64,000 bases of DNA from Ginglymostoma cirratum (lineage: Eukaryota): positions 26,071,890 to 26,135,889 of the forward strand of contig JAHRHZ010000009.1 in NCBI GenBank assembly GCA_024137785.1, given 5' to 3'. The notes under the pieces were generated by a model. The model worked only from the letters and a program-made list of their open reading frames with translations. It was not told the DNA's origin and searched no databases. Within the stretch, counting starts at the first letter, position 1; each line of letters begins with the position of its first letter. Shown here piece by piece: positions 63,751 to 64,000 of this stretch. The translations under genes and the position numbers were made by a program.

Positions 63751-63859
63751 GTCAATAAGTGGAAAGAAGATCTGTTCATACTGTGATAGTCCTCTGGGCA
63801 GAGGAGCTGCCATGATCATCGAGTCTCTTGGTCTTTGTTATCACTTACATTGTTTTAAG
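63751..63859 (+). CDS. LMO7: LMO7 LIM domain, first zinc finger ([36 protein letters not shown])
   Basis: tatccag|G...AAG|gtgagg, 109 nt, phase 2-0; C-x2-C...H-x2-C LIM pattern, near-identical to recalled LMO7. Confidence 0.98.
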
Positions 63860-64000
63860 GTGAGGATAGGGACCAGCTATGAGATGGGCTAAGCAACCAT
63901 GAACAAAGTCTGCTGAAGACGAGCATGCTTGCTTAGAACTCTACCAGTCGCCTTTGTATTGATATTTTGATGGTGCATGAAACCATGCAGATGTTCTAAG

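Noticed and set aside
1-64000. Prokaryotic-type system (CRISPR array, retron, defence operon)
   Set aside because: The window is an intron-rich vertebrate gene. The RT and GIY-YIG fragments belong to decayed retroelements, and no regularly spaced repeat-spacer array is visible.

Overview
This is eukaryotic (vertebrate) genomic DNA. The repeat content (CR1-type LINEs, HE1-like and Deu-domain SINEs, Penelope-like GIY-YIG retroelements) points to an elasmobranch, plausibly a carpet shark; that assignment is inference. The window lies inside one plus-strand gene, LMO7 (LIM domain only 7). I traced 26 GT-AG exons from 3692 to 63859. They join in a consistent frame (5208 nt, 1736 codons) and run from the end of the CH domain through the DD..RR repeat and coiled-coil region, the PDZ domain and a charged helical region to the first zinc finger of the LIM domain. 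The 5' exons and last exon(s) are outside the window. Introns hold decayed LINEs, SINEs, Penelope-like elements, a hAT-like DNA transposon and a Harbinger-like Myb/SANT remnant, plus one 100-N gap. No prokaryotic system, CRISPR array or intact RNA gene is seen, and nothing here demonstrates a wholly new system. The best leads are: (1) a cassette exon that assembles a second copy of a ZNF185/sciellin-like 'ERxxILxxM...DNSWI' motif; (2) five consecutive frame-preserving phase-2 exons, three carrying a repeated PDxExDDxxxR[RK] module; (3) hammerhead-ribozyme-like cores in the Penelope-type terminal repeats. All homology calls are from recognition of sequence motifs, not database searches.
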